Position numbers and translations under genes: made by a program. Source: Arenicellales bacterium (GTDB taxonomy: Bacteria; Pseudomonadota; Gammaproteobacteria; Arenicellales; JAJDZL01). From it: a stretch of DNA of 64,000 nucleotides. Each line of letters begins with the position of its first letter. Position 1 is the first letter of the stretch. The notes under the pieces were generated by a model. It did no database searches and was not told the origin of the DNA. It saw only the letters and a list, made by a program, of their open reading frames with translations. The DNA lies in the NCBI GenBank assembly GCA_965214615.1, contig OZ243952.1:2573734-2637733 (forward strand). The letters are read 5' to 3'. Positions 44,364 to 53,598 of the stretch are shown one piece after another.

Positions 44364-44891
44364 GTGATTTATGCGCTTGACAATGGCGAGCCGCAGTACG
44401 GTGAAAACGTATTTGTAGCGCCGTCGGCAACCGTGATCGGAGACGTCGTGCTCGGAAACGATGTTGGCGTATGGTTCGGCGCGGTCATTCGCGGCGACAA
44501 CGACAGGATTACAGTCGCAGACGGTTCCAATATCCAGGATTGCTGCGTACTGCATACGGACCCCGGCATACCGCTCGAAATTGAATCGAATGTCACCGTC
44601 GGACACAAGGCCATGCTTCACGGATGCCGCATCGGCGCGGGCAGCCTGATCGGAATCAATGCAGTCATCCTCAATCATGCAACGATCGGACGCAACTGCC
44701 TGATCGGCGCGAACGCCCTGATCAGCGAAGGAAAGAACATACCGGACCACAGCGTGGTCGTCGGTTCGCCAGGTCGCGTGGTCCGTCAGCTAAGCGAAAA
44801 GGAAATGCAAATGTTCGACCGGTTCAACAAATCGTACATCGACAAGATCGCACGCTACAAGAACAGCCTGAGGAGCGTTTCGAATGTCTGA
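44364..44891 (+). CDS. Gamma-carbonic-anhydrase-like / hexapeptide-repeat (LbH) protein (YrdA/PaaY type)
   Basis: VFVAPSATVIGDVVLGNDVGVWFGAVIRGDNDRITVADGSNIQDCCVLHTD...VTVGHKAMLHGCRIG shows the left-handed beta-helix repeats and the conserved His residues of the family. Confidence 0.8.
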   Translation: MIYALDNGEPQYGENVFVAPSATVIGDVVLGNDVGVWFGAVIRGDNDRITVADGSNIQDCCVLHTDPGIPLEIESNVTVGHKAMLHGCRIGAGSLIGINAVILNHATIGRNCLIGANALISEGKNIPDHSVVVGSPGRVVRQLSEKEMQMFDRFNKSYIDKIARYKNSLRSVSNV

Positions 44892-45888
44892 CAAGGCAAA
44901 CAGGGAAATGAACGTTATCGAAGTCGCCGCACCTGGCGGACCGCAGGCGCTGTCAATCGGCAAGCGGCCCATTCCCCGGCCTCAGCCCGGAGAAGTGCTG
45001 ATCAAGGTCGCCGCAAGCGGGCTGAACCGGGCCGATGCGATGCAAAGAAACGGCAACTATCCGCCCCCTCCCGGAGCATCCGACCTGCTCGGGCTCGAGG
45101 TTTCGGGCACCGTCGCCGAGGTAGCGCAGGATGTCAGCGGATTGAAAATCGGCGATCGGGTTTGCGCGCTGATTGCCGGCGGCGGCTACGCGCAGTACTG
45201 CACCGCTCCCGCATCGTCGTGCCTGCCGGTTCCGGACTCGGTCAGCATCATCGATGCCGGCGCGATACCTGAGACATTCTTCACCGTTTGGGCCAACATC
45301 TTCATGCTCGGCAGACTCGCGCAAGGCGAATCGTGCCTTATCCATGGAGGCGCAAGCGGAATAGGGACTACCGGCATTCAGCTGGCGCGCGCCTTCGGCG
45401 CACGGGTATTCGCAACAGCCGGAAGCGACGACAAGTGCACACGATGCGTTGAGCTTGGCGCCGATGACGCAATCAACTACAAATCATCCGACTTCGTCGA
45501 AAAAATACGCGAAGCGACAGACGGACGCGGGGTGGATGTCATACTGGATATCGTTGCCGGAGAATACATGGCCCGCAATATCAAGTGTCTGGCGAAGTTC
45601 GGCCGGCTCGTGATCATTGCCACGCAAGGCGGATTCAAGGCTCAGATCAACGCCTTGCCAATCATGACCAGACGCCTGACGATTACCGGATCCACATTGC
45701 GGCCTCGGCCGCTCGATGACAAGGCGCAAATCGCCCGCCAATTGCACGAAAAAGTTTGGCCGCTTCTGGAACAGGGAGTGCTCGGCCCGGTAGTCGATAC
45801 CGTGTATCCGTTCGAACAGGCCCGGCAGGCCCACGGGCATCTGGATTCGGGCGACTACGTCGGAAAGATCGTGCTGCGCCACGACTGA
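44884..45888 (+). CDS. NAD(P)H:quinone oxidoreductase (zeta-crystallin/PIG3-type MDR)
   Basis: GEVLIKVAASGLNRADAMQRNGNYPPPPGASDLLGLEVSGTVAEV and the GGASGIGT nucleotide-binding motif support the call. ATG 44884 overlaps the upstream stop by 8 nt. An alternative start is ATG 44908 (MNVIEV). Confidence 0.8.
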   Translation: MSDKANREMNVIEVAAPGGPQALSIGKRPIPRPQPGEVLIKVAASGLNRADAMQRNGNYPPPPGASDLLGLEVSGTVAEVAQDVSGLKIGDRVCALIAGGGYAQYCTAPASSCLPVPDSVSIIDAGAIPETFFTVWANIFMLGRLAQGESCLIHGGASGIGTTGIQLARAFGARVFATAGSDDKCTRCVELGADDAINYKSSDFVEKIREATDGRGVDVILDIVAGEYMARNIKCLAKFGRLVIIATQGGFKAQINALPIMTRRLTITGSTLRPRPLDDKAQIARQLHEKVWPLLEQGVLGPVVDTVYPFEQARQAHGHLDSGDYVGKIVLRHD

Positions 45889-45946
45889 TCGCACTGCGGC
45901 ATCGCTCCCCTACAACCACACCGGATCGCGCTGCGATAGTCCCGCT

Positions 45947-46807
45947 TTGCTAAAGATATTCAACGAACCTGCTCCTGCGTCACGGTGGTGCGACCGCCAT
46001 CGCGCACTGAATCACTCGATCGGCTACGTGCCGACGATGGGTTCGCTGCACGACGGACACCTGTCATTGCTGCGGCGCTCGATCGAGGAGAACGACGTCA
46101 CTTGCGCCAGCATCTTCGTCAACCCGCTTCAATTCAATAGCGCGCGCGACTACCAGATTTATCCGCGAGAACTTGAATCAGACTACGAAATTCTCAGACA
46201 GGCAGGATGCGACATGGTGTTCGGCGGAAACATGTCGAACATGTTCGAACGCTCGGAATTCACCGGAGAAATCAAGATGCTCAGGCCGGGACCCTACGCA
46301 AAGGGGCTGGAAGGAGAATTCCGCCCGGGACACCTCCAAGGGGTATGTACCGTGGTCGATCGCCTGTTTCGCATCGTCGGAAAATGCCGAGCCTATTTCG
46401 GCGAAAAAGACTATCAGCAGCTGCTGGTGGTTCGCGATCTGGCGGAACGCATCGGATACCCTCAGGTCGTCGGCTGCAAGTGCGTGCGAGACCCGGACGG
46501 ACTCGCTCTTTCTTCGAGAAACAGTCTGCTTAGCCGCAGACAGCACAAAACCGCGCTGTGCATCAGCCGCGCGCTGTCTGCCGTCAAAGACACCTGGGAG
46601 CGCGGAGAGCGCGACGCATCTGTACTGCAGAGCGTCATGCTCGCCAAACTTGACAAGCCCGGCGTCAAAGTGGACTACGCCGAACTGCGCGACCCGGAAA
46701 GCTGGCTGGACGCTCCTTGCGAACACTTAGAGCGCGCGGTCGCCCTGATCGCGGCCTATGTCGGCGATGTGCGGCTAATAGACAACTTGAGGCTGGACGC
46801 CGATTAG
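45947..46807 (+). CDS. panC: Pantoate--beta-alanine ligase
   Basis: IGYVPTMGSLHDGHLSLLRRS...ASIFVNPLQFN is the PanC signature. The start is TTG. Confidence 0.9.
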   Translation: MLKIFNEPAPASRWCDRHRALNHSIGYVPTMGSLHDGHLSLLRRSIEENDVTCASIFVNPLQFNSARDYQIYPRELESDYEILRQAGCDMVFGGNMSNMFERSEFTGEIKMLRPGPYAKGLEGEFRPGHLQGVCTVVDRLFRIVGKCRAYFGEKDYQQLLVVRDLAERIGYPQVVGCKCVRDPDGLALSSRNSLLSRRQHKTALCISRALSAVKDTWERGERDASVLQSVMLAKLDKPGVKVDYAELRDPESWLDAPCEHLERAVALIAAYVGDVRLIDNLRLDAD

Positions 46808-48328
46808 TCAGTTGTCCTCGCTTCCGCGTCTGAAGTGGAATTGCGCTCCGTCGCGAATCGCCTGCGGCCAGCGGGCGGTGATCGTTTTCATCCGGGTATA
46901 GAATCGCACTCCTTCCGGTCCATGCATGTAGTGGTCGCCGAACAGCGACCGCTTCCAGCCGCCGAAACTGTGGAACGCGACAGGTACCGGTATCGGCACA
47001 TTGACTCCGACCATGCCGATTCTGGCATTCGTCGTGAACCGCTGGGCCAGTCCGCCGTCGCGGGTAAAAATGGCAGCGCCATTGCCATACTCGTGCTCGT
47101 TGACCATCTGCTCGGCAGCCTCGTAGCTGTCAGCCCTGACAACGCACAGCACCGGTCCGAAAATTTCGTCCTGATAGATCTTCATATCCGGCGTGACATG
47201 ATCAAACAGGCAGCCACCGAGAAATGCGCCCTGTTCATGGCCTTCCAATGAGAATCCCCGACCGTCGACGACAAGCTGCGCTCCCTCCTCGACTCCCAGA
47301 TCAACGTAGGATCTGACCTTGGTGCAATGTTCGGGAGTGACAAGCGGTCCCATTTCCGCATCGGGATCCGTATACGGCCCCACGCTCAGCTCGCGCACCC
47401 GCGGCGTCAATCGTGCGACCACTTCATCCGCTGTTTCATCGCCGACTGCGACAACCACGGAGATGGCCATGCAGCGCTCCCCGGCCGAGCCGTATCCTGC
47501 ACCGATGGCTGCATCAGCAACCTGGTCCATATCGGCATCCGGCATGACCACCATGTGATTCTTGGCGCCGCACAGAGCCTGGACGCGCTTGCCGCATCCG
47601 GTACCCGTCTTGTAGATGTACTCTCCGACCGCGGTTGAACCGACAAAGCTGATCGCATCCACTTTCGGATGGGTCAGCAAGGCGTCTACCGCAACCTTGT
47701 CGCCGATGACTACGTTCAATACTCCGTCCGGCAGACCCGCCTGCTTCATGAACTCTGCAAGCAGCAGCGGACACGACGGGTCCTTCTCCGACGGCTTGAG
47801 TACGAACGTATTTCCGCATGCAATTGCAACCGGAAACATCCACATCGGCACCATCGCCGGAAAGTTAAAAGGGGTAATGCCTGCGCAAACACCGACCGGC
47901 TGACGCACAGAATACATTTCAACGCCTCGGGCCACTCTTTCGGACATCTCGCCCTTGAGCATTTGCGGTATGCCGCATGCGAATTCCACGATTTCAAGTC
48001 CGCGGCCGATGGATCCTTTTGCATCGGGAATCGTCTTGCCGTGCTCCTCGGATACCGCTTCTGCCAACACATCGATGTTTTCGCGGACGATCGCTCTGAA
48101 ATCGAACAGAACTTGCGCCCGCGCCGCTGGCGGCACGGCGGCCCACCCCGGCAAGGCGTAGGCGGCGACTTCGACCGCCGCATTGACCTCCTGGACCGAT
48201 GCATACGGAACCTGCTTGGTCACGATGCCTAGCGCAGGGTTGTAGATATCACCGTATCTGCCGCTCGCGCCCTCGACGCGCTGACCGTTAATGAAATGAT
48301 GCAGGGTTTGATTTACTTGTGCGTCCAT
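46808..48328 (-). CDS. mmsA: CoA-acylating methylmalonate/malonate-semialdehyde dehydrogenase
   Basis: 506 aa. HFINGQRVEGASGRYGDIYNPALG...FVLKPSEKDP...CGAKNH matches the aldehyde dehydrogenase superfamily and the MmsA pattern. It abuts the panC stop convergently with no spacer. Confidence 0.85.
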   Translation of the reverse strand: MDAQVNQTLHHFINGQRVEGASGRYGDIYNPALGIVTKQVPYASVQEVNAAVEVAAYALPGWAAVPPAARAQVLFDFRAIVRENIDVLAEAVSEEHGKTIPDAKGSIGRGLEIVEFACGIPQMLKGEMSERVARGVEMYSVRQPVGVCAGITPFNFPAMVPMWMFPVAIACGNTFVLKPSEKDPSCPLLLAEFMKQAGLPDGVLNVVIGDKVAVDALLTHPKVDAISFVGSTAVGEYIYKTGTGCGKRVQALCGAKNHMVVMPDADMDQVADAAIGAGYGSAGERCMAISVVVAVGDETADEVVARLTPRVRELSVGPYTDPDAEMGPLVTPEHCTKVRSYVDLGVEEGAQLVVDGRGFSLEGHEQGAFLGGCLFDHVTPDMKIYQDEIFGPVLCVVRADSYEAAEQMVNEHEYGNGAAIFTRDGGLAQRFTTNARIGMVGVNVPIPVPVAFHSFGGWKRSLFGDHYMHGPEGVRFYTRMKTITARWPQAIRDGAQFHFRRGSEDN

Positions 48329-49100
48329 GTCCTGTCACTGTGGTTTGTTTGACTGTGGCGAAAGTATACCAAACAGCGACGCGATTCAGTGGACGCCGAC
48401 GATTCATCGACCCGCACGAACAATCCTCGCACCGACATCAAAGGCCCAGCCCGCTGACAGCAATGTCCGTTCAGGCAATGCCGCTTACCGTTCTTGGCAG
48501 ACGGCAAAGGCACTGCCCGCCCCAGACACTCCTACGCTTCGATCAGCGGGCATGCCGCTTTTGCAATATAGTTTCTAATATATTGCACTGCAGTAATCAA
48601 TTTAAAAGCAATTTTCTATTGATGTCCATTCTCATCTATCGCTAATTATGTGTCGTTTAAGCAATATCTAGATCACTTTATTTTTCGCGAATGATCAGAA
48701 ACCCGAAAAAATGTCTTGCAACATCGCAGATCCGTTGCGAATGATTCGGACAAGACTCAGGTACAGTTTAACTTTATGATATTGCGTGTTCTTTTTCCGA
48801 CATCGCAATCCAAGCGGGCAGTCCGTAGAGACAATCCGACCAGAATTCCGCCACAGTTCGCTGCAGCGCGACCGGGTTGGAACCAATCGAACTTGATGCG
48901 CAATGCGCCTGCCTCGCAAGAATCTGCAAGAAAATTCCGGACATGCAAGCATCGCATGATAATTTTTGATTTGATGCTATATCTTTTGCATTGCACAATG
49001 TTGCGCATAGGATAAAATACGAAGCCAGAAGCATGGTAATGGGTGCTAATCATCCATAGATTCGTGCCAGCAATTGAACCCGTTCATAGGAGGATGCCAA

Positions 49101-50543
49101 ATGAAATCATTTATCAAATTATTCGTTGCGGCCATATTGACGGCATCATGGGTCAGCGCTGCAGCAGATGAAATGTCTGCAGCCGGCGAACCCGTCATCG
49201 GAGAGGAGGAAGCAGTACTGACTATTGCGCCTAATGTGCCGCCGCCGATCACCCGGGATCACGCGACCAAGGTCATCGTGAATCTTGAGACTCGGGAATT
49301 GCGCGGACGCCTTGCCGACGGAGTCGAATATACTTTTTGGACATTTGGCGGCGTTGTGCCGGGGAAGTTCATCCGGATCCGCGAAGGCGATCTTGTTGAA
49401 TTCCACCTTCACAATCACCCGGACAGCCGCATGCCGCACAACATCGACCTTCATGCTGTGACCGGACCGGGCGGAGGCGCTACATCCTCATTTACCGCTC
49501 CCGGCCATTCTTCAACCTTCTCATTCAAGGCTCTAAATCCAGGGCTGTATGTGTATCACTGCGCGACAGCTCCGGTGGGAATGCATGTGGCAAACGGCAT
49601 GTACGGCCTGATTCTTGTGGAACCCAAAGACGGATATCCGCCGGTTGACCGGGAATACTACGTCATGCAGAGCGAGTTCTACACCAAGGGAAGCAACGGT
49701 GAACGCGGCTATCAGCCGTTCAGCATGGAAAAGGCCATTGCAGAAGATGCCGACTATGTCGTGTTCAACGGTTCGGTGGGCGCGCTGACCGGCGACAACG
49801 CGATGACGGCAAAGACCGGGGAGACTGTGCGGCTGTATGTCGGAAACGGCGGCCCGAACCTTGTCTCGTCATTTCATGTAATCGGCGAAGTGTTTGACAA
49901 GGTGTACATCGAGGGCGGCGATCTTGTGAATCGCAATGTGCAATCAACCCTGGTTCCTGCCGGAGGTTCTACGATCGTCGACATGGAAATGCAGGTGCCG
50001 GGACGAATTATTCTGGTTGACCATTCGATCTTCCGGGCATTCAACAAGGGCGCTCTGGGCATGATTGAAGTCGCAGCAAATGAGGAAGCGATGCCGCAGG
50101 AGCTTTCGACAATAGTCTATTCGGGCAAGACTTCCGATGACATCTACCGACCCGAAGGCGGGGCGATTCTCGATCTTCAAGAAGAGCAGACCCGTCGCAC
50201 GGCATCAACCCAGATGGACCAGATTGAGTTTGGCAAGCAAGTGTACAACCAGGTTTGCGCTGCATGCCATCAGCCTGACGGAACGGGCATCGGTACCGTG
50301 TTTCCGCCACTGGCCAATTCGGACTGGCTCATCGATGCGGCAGATCAGGCTATCGCGGCTGTTATCCATGGACTGTCTGGAAAGATCACCGTCAATGGCG
50401 TTGACTACAGTGGCGTAATGCCTGCGATGACCAGCCTGTCTGACGAAGATGTGGCAAACGTACTGACCTACGTCTACAACACGTGGGGCAACCCGGGCGG
50501 CCGTATCAATGTAAGCGACGTGGCAGCGGTCAGAGGGCACTAG
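49101..50543 (+). CDS. nirK: Copper-containing nitrite reductase with a C-terminal cytochrome c domain
   Basis: AGGAGG at 49088-49093 precedes ATG 49101, giving [22 protein letters not shown] (signal peptide). The cupredoxin core reads [23 protein letters not shown]...[26 protein letters not shown], with the type-1/type-2 Cu ligand motifs. The C-terminal [11 protein letters not shown]...PPL is a CxxCH heme c site. Confidence 0.9.
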   Translation: MKSFIKLFVAAILTASWVSAAADEMSAAGEPVIGEEEAVLTIAPNVPPPITRDHATKVIVNLETRELRGRLADGVEYTFWTFGGVVPGKFIRIREGDLVEFHLHNHPDSRMPHNIDLHAVTGPGGGATSSFTAPGHSSTFSFKALNPGLYVYHCATAPVGMHVANGMYGLILVEPKDGYPPVDREYYVMQSEFYTKGSNGERGYQPFSMEKAIAEDADYVVFNGSVGALTGDNAMTAKTGETVRLYVGNGGPNLVSSFHVIGEVFDKVYIEGGDLVNRNVQSTLVPAGGSTIVDMEMQVPGRIILVDHSIFRAFNKGALGMIEVAANEEAMPQELSTIVYSGKTSDDIYRPEGGAILDLQEEQTRRTASTQMDQIEFGKQVYNQVCAACHQPDGTGIGTVFPPLANSDWLIDAADQAIAAVIHGLSGKITVNGVDYSGVMPAMTSLSDEDVANVLTYVYNTWGNPGGRINVSDVAAVRGH

Positions 50544-50616
50544 ACTGATTCGTCATGCGCTAATTCTTCTTGCGGCGGCTGCATTCAATGCCCATGCCGA
50601 GCAGCCGCCGCAGGGG

Positions 50617-51366
50617 ATGATCGAAGTGCCGGAGGGACGCTACGAACCTCTGTACTCCAGCAGCGACGCCGATTTGGCAGGCGAAGAAAACGCCACCGAA
50701 GTCGTCGCGCGGTTTTTTCTGGATGAGCGGGCAGTCACAAACGCGCAGTATCTGGATTTCGTCGAACACAATCCTAAATGGCGGCGATCCGATGTGCCCG
50801 GACTGTTCGCCGACGACAGCTATTTGTCACACTGGAACAGCGACGGGGAACTTGGCGGCCCGACGCTTGCCGAACTTCCGGTGGTCAATGTGTCCTGGTT
50901 CGCCGGAACCGCCTACTGCCGCTGGAAGGGCAAGCAGCTGCCTACTGTAGCGCAATGGGAACGCGCCGCTTCTGCGAGCGAAACAATGGACAACGCCCGC
51001 AACGACGCGGAATTCTCTCAACGCATTCTAGACTGGTATGCCTCGCCGGCCGATCAGCCGCTGGCCGAACGCGCGAAGAAAACCACCTATCGCAATCTGT
51101 ACGGCGCATGGGACATGCATGGTCTTATCTGGGAATGGACACGCGACTTCAACACTGCGATCGTCACCGGCGAATCGCGCGGAGATTCGGGACTGCAGCG
51201 CCAGCTTTTCTGCGCAAGCGGGTCGATCGGCGCAGCCGATGCCAGAGACTACGCTTCGTTCATGCGGTTCGCGTTTCGCTCAAGCCTTGAAGGAAACTAT
51301 GCGGTCGGGTCTCTAGGGTTTCGCTGCGCGATGATGCCGACAGGCAATTCATCGGACGGCAATTGA
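50617..51366 (+). CDS. nirV: Formylglycine-generating-enzyme (FGE/SUMF1) family protein, NirV-like
   Basis: VNVSWFAGTAYCRWKGKQLPTVAQWERAA...YGAWDMHGLIWEWTRDF...GSLGFRCA is an FGE-sulfatase fold motif, and the gene sits immediately 3' of nirK. The first canonical start is ATG 50617. The in-frame sequence from 50545 encodes a signal-peptide-like LIRHALILLAAAAFNAHA|EQ (see findings). Confidence 0.8.
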   Translation: MIEVPEGRYEPLYSSSDADLAGEENATEVVARFFLDERAVTNAQYLDFVEHNPKWRRSDVPGLFADDSYLSHWNSDGELGGPTLAELPVVNVSWFAGTAYCRWKGKQLPTVAQWERAASASETMDNARNDAEFSQRILDWYASPADQPLAERAKKTTYRNLYGAWDMHGLIWEWTRDFNTAIVTGESRGDSGLQRQLFCASGSIGAADARDYASFMRFAFRSSLEGNYAVGSLGFRCAMMPTGNSSDGN

Positions 51367-51371
51367 TTCCG

Positions 51372-51390
51372 GCCCGTATTCGGCACGGGC
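51372..51390. terminator. Small GC hairpin between the convergent nirV and SCO genes
   Basis: GCCCGT (51372-51377), a 7-nt loop, then ACGGGC (51385-51390). There is no clear U-run. Confidence 0.25.
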
Positions 51391-51454
51391 GATTCATGAG
51401 TGCGCCATCTCTTGTGCTCCGAGCGAAAGCCGAACTGCGCCCTGCCGTGCAGGC

Positions 51455-52084
51455 TTATTCAGTCAGCATGCCGCGTATCGCGGCGGCAGAATTCTCAGGG
51501 GGAAGGCCCAGACCGTTTTGCTGATGCGCGGGTACTCCCTTGGAATCGAGAACAAAGATGACGTTCGAGTGTGCAAAGTCGCCATTGGCAAGCGGCTTTA
51601 TACGAATTCCCAGAGCGACTGCCAGTTCCAATTCGGAGCCTTGATCTTTGGGGGCGTAGAAGTCCCATTGACCGATTTCCTTGTCCATGCGGTATAGATT
51701 GAGCTGTTCCGGCTTGTCTCTGGCGTAGTCCATGGAAAACAGTGTGAATTGCACATCGCGCGCTTCGTTGCCCAGTTCCCGCTCGATATTCAGCATATCG
51801 TTGACGATCAACGGACATGCGTGATCGCATGCGGTGTAGATCATTGCGCCCACGGTGGGCTTTCCGGCAAGCGCTGCAGACAGAGTCTTTGGCTGGCCGT
51901 CATGATTGAGCCATAGCGAATCCAAGTGAAATACGGAGTATTCGGATATCGCATCGGCGGCCAACTGACCGTGACCGCTGTGGTCGCCATGCCCGCCAAG
52001 TTCCACTTCGGATTGGCCTGTCGCCGCAACACTCCAGCCGGCACTGAGCAGCAATGAGAAAAAATACGGAGTTAATCGATTCAT
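51455..52084 (-). CDS. SCO1/SenC family copper chaperone / thiol-disulfide protein
   Basis: I prefer ATG 52084 (M53 of listed ORF 51455..52240), which gives MNRLTPYFFSLLLSAGWSVAA (signal/anchor). A His-rich stretch GGHGDHSGHG follows, then the CxxxCP motif (YTACDHACPLI). Confidence 0.75.
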   Translation of the reverse strand: MNRLTPYFFSLLLSAGWSVAATGQSEVELGGHGDHSGHGQLAADAISEYSVFHLDSLWLNHDGQPKTLSAALAGKPTVGAMIYTACDHACPLIVNDMLNIERELGNEARDVQFTLFSMDYARDKPEQLNLYRMDKEIGQWDFYAPKDQGSELELAVALGIRIKPLANGDFAHSNVIFVLDSKGVPAHQQNGLGLPPENSAAAIRGMLTE

Positions 52085-52194
52085 CAAGCATTCACTCTTT
52101 CTTGCCCAGGCAGAACTTGTCATATGATTTAACGCATGGCAATGGCCAGTCCGAGGCACACGAAGCGAGTATCTGCAACCACTGTGGCTGGATC

Positions 52195-52539
52195 TCAGTT
52201 GCCTTCTAGTTGGCTTTTCAGTTCCGAAATCGAATTGCAACTCAGTCCGGTGTATCGGGCGACTGTCTCGTCTTCGACACCGTCGCGGAGCATGTTCGCC
52301 GCAGCCTCTATTCGACCTTGTTCTCTACCTTCCGCTCTACCTTCCGCTCTACCTTCCGCTCTACCTTCCGCCCTACCTTCCGCCCTACCTTCCGCCCTAC
52401 CTTCCTCTCGACCTTGCTCTATCAAATCCTTGTCTGATTCCAGCAATACGAACAATTCGTTTTTCCTATTCATACGACTCGTGCCTAGATTCACTGAAAA
52501 TCGCGAGTCAAACTGTATTGAGGTCGCGACGGCATCCAT
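52195..52539 (-). CDS. Free-standing Rpn C-terminal-domain fragment with an expanded (EGRA)n repeat. It is either a remnant or a small RpnS-like protein
   Basis: ...LLESDKDLIEQGREEGRAEGRAEGRAEGRAEGRAEGRAEGREQGRIEAAANMLRDGVEDETVARYTGLSCNSISELKSQL is paralogous to the last ~60 aa of the adjacent intact Rpn (..LLESDKDLIQEGRVEGRAEGLNEAAANMLRDGVEDETVARYTGLASKTISNLKRKL). A possible real start is ATG 52473 (MNRKNELF). Confidence 0.45.
   Translation of the reverse strand: MDAVATSIQFDSRFSVNLGTSRMNRKNELFVLLESDKDLIEQGREEGRAEGRAEGRAEGRAEGRAEGRAEGREQGRIEAAANMLRDGVEDETVARYTGLSCNSISELKSQLEGN
52325..52396. repeat. 12-nt tandem repeat: 6 near-perfect copies (3x ctaccttccgct + 3x ctaccttccgcc) plus degenerate flanking copies
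   Basis: Read directly. On the minus strand it encodes (AEGR)n inside ORF 52195..52539. The intact paralog at ~52790-52815 has only 2 units. Confidence 0.9.
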
Positions 52540-52650
52540 GCCGAATTGATCCGGGACACTTCACGGGGCATTTCGAGCGCGCGTCGGATTTGGCGTGTAG
52601 CAATTGGAACCGTGAGCCTAAGGCACGAACTCAACGACGTCGAACGGCTG

Positions 52651-53598
52651 TCAGGCGCCGTTAAGCTTGCGCTTCAGATTCGAAATCGTCTTCGAAGCAA
52701 GCCCTGTGTATCGGGCGACTGTCTCGTCTTCGACACCGTCGCGGAGCATGTTCGCCGCAGCCTCGTTCAAACCCTCTGCTCGTCCCTCTACTCGTCCTTC
52801 CTGTATCAAATCCTTATCTGATTCCAACAATGCGGGCATAATTCTCTTCTCCTTTTCGACGACTCGCGTCTCTATATCAATCAGTCTATCCCAATTATAG
52901 TCAGACCGCATTTTCAAAATGTAGCGCATCACAGCACGCATGAGCCACGTGCGATCATCGTTTTCGAGCTTCAGACTGCGAGTTACAATGCCGGCAACTA
53001 CGTCATCGGTCAAATCCCAGATTCGTTGCAAAATGCAAATTACGATTCCAATCGGCAAATTGTACGCCCGACGTTGCATTGCTTCGTCGTGCACATTCAA
53101 AAGCAAGCTGCAAAAATGAAACTTCATCAATTTGCCGCCAAGCTCGTCGGCTAACGCCGATGGCGGCCCTTCTACTGTTTCAAAATATTCCAGCGGCCGA
53201 TTCCACTGACGCTCGACTCCGTTGTACAGCACTACCGCTAAAATCCACGCGTCCGGATGCTGGCGACGAACCTCGCGCAAGTAGCCGGAAAGCTGGAGCA
53301 AAGTATTGCTGTCACGCACAGACTTGTGCTCGACAACAACTACCAGTTCGCGCGACTCGTCTAGCGGAACGCTGCGTACTGAGCCGATCACATCAGCGAC
53401 CTGCTCTGCTCCCCGCCTGTCGAAGCGCGAAGTTGGCATCGTTTTAACCGCGTCAAGATCAAGTTCGCGCAATGAAGCCTCGGAAAGAAAGACGCGCAGC
53501 AAATGCTTGAAATATTTGCTTTGTCCGAAAACATCGCGAATCAACTTGTCATGCGGCTTGCTGCCTGACTCGGCCTGGGCATGTGTGACTTCAACCAT
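52651..53598 (-). CDS. Rpn family (YhgA-like, PD-(D/E)XK) recombination-promoting nuclease/putative transposase, intact
   Basis: The protein shows PHDKLIRDVFGQSKYFKHLLRVFL (the HD..FK N-terminal motif of the family), then ...LVVVVEHKSVRDSNTLLQLSGYL (E-H-K/Q-S core) and a C-terminal EGR-repeat/HTH-like tail. I prefer ATG 53598, which is preceded by AGAGGG. The listed ORF starts at 53637. Confidence 0.75.
   Translation of the reverse strand: MVEVTHAQAESGSKPHDKLIRDVFGQSKYFKHLLRVFLSEASLRELDLDAVKTMPTSRFDRRGAEQVADVIGSVRSVPLDESRELVVVVEHKSVRDSNTLLQLSGYLREVRRQHPDAWILAVVLYNGVERQWNRPLEYFETVEGPPSALADELGGKLMKFHFCSLLLNVHDEAMQRRAYNLPIGIVICILQRIWDLTDDVVAGIVTRSLKLENDDRTWLMRAVMRYILKMRSDYNWDRLIDIETRVVEKEKRIMPALLESDKDLIQEGRVEGRAEGLNEAAANMLRDGVEDETVARYTGLASKTISNLKRKLNGA

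Noticed and set aside
48329-49100. I searched the 770-nt nirK upstream region for FNR/Dnr/NnrR boxes (TTGAT-N4-ATCAA, TTGCG-N4-CGCAA) and NsrR-like sites. I also noted partial palindromes (tcaat-N16-attga at ~48597-48622, gatca-N19-tgatc at ~48673-48701, ttgcattgcacaatgttgcgca at ~48986-49007) and several 85-108-aa ORFs.
   Set aside because: No match to a known consensus is better than a half-site, and the palindromes are short and could be chance in AT-rich DNA. The ORFs have no coding features. A regulator site probably exists here, but I cannot support a specific call.
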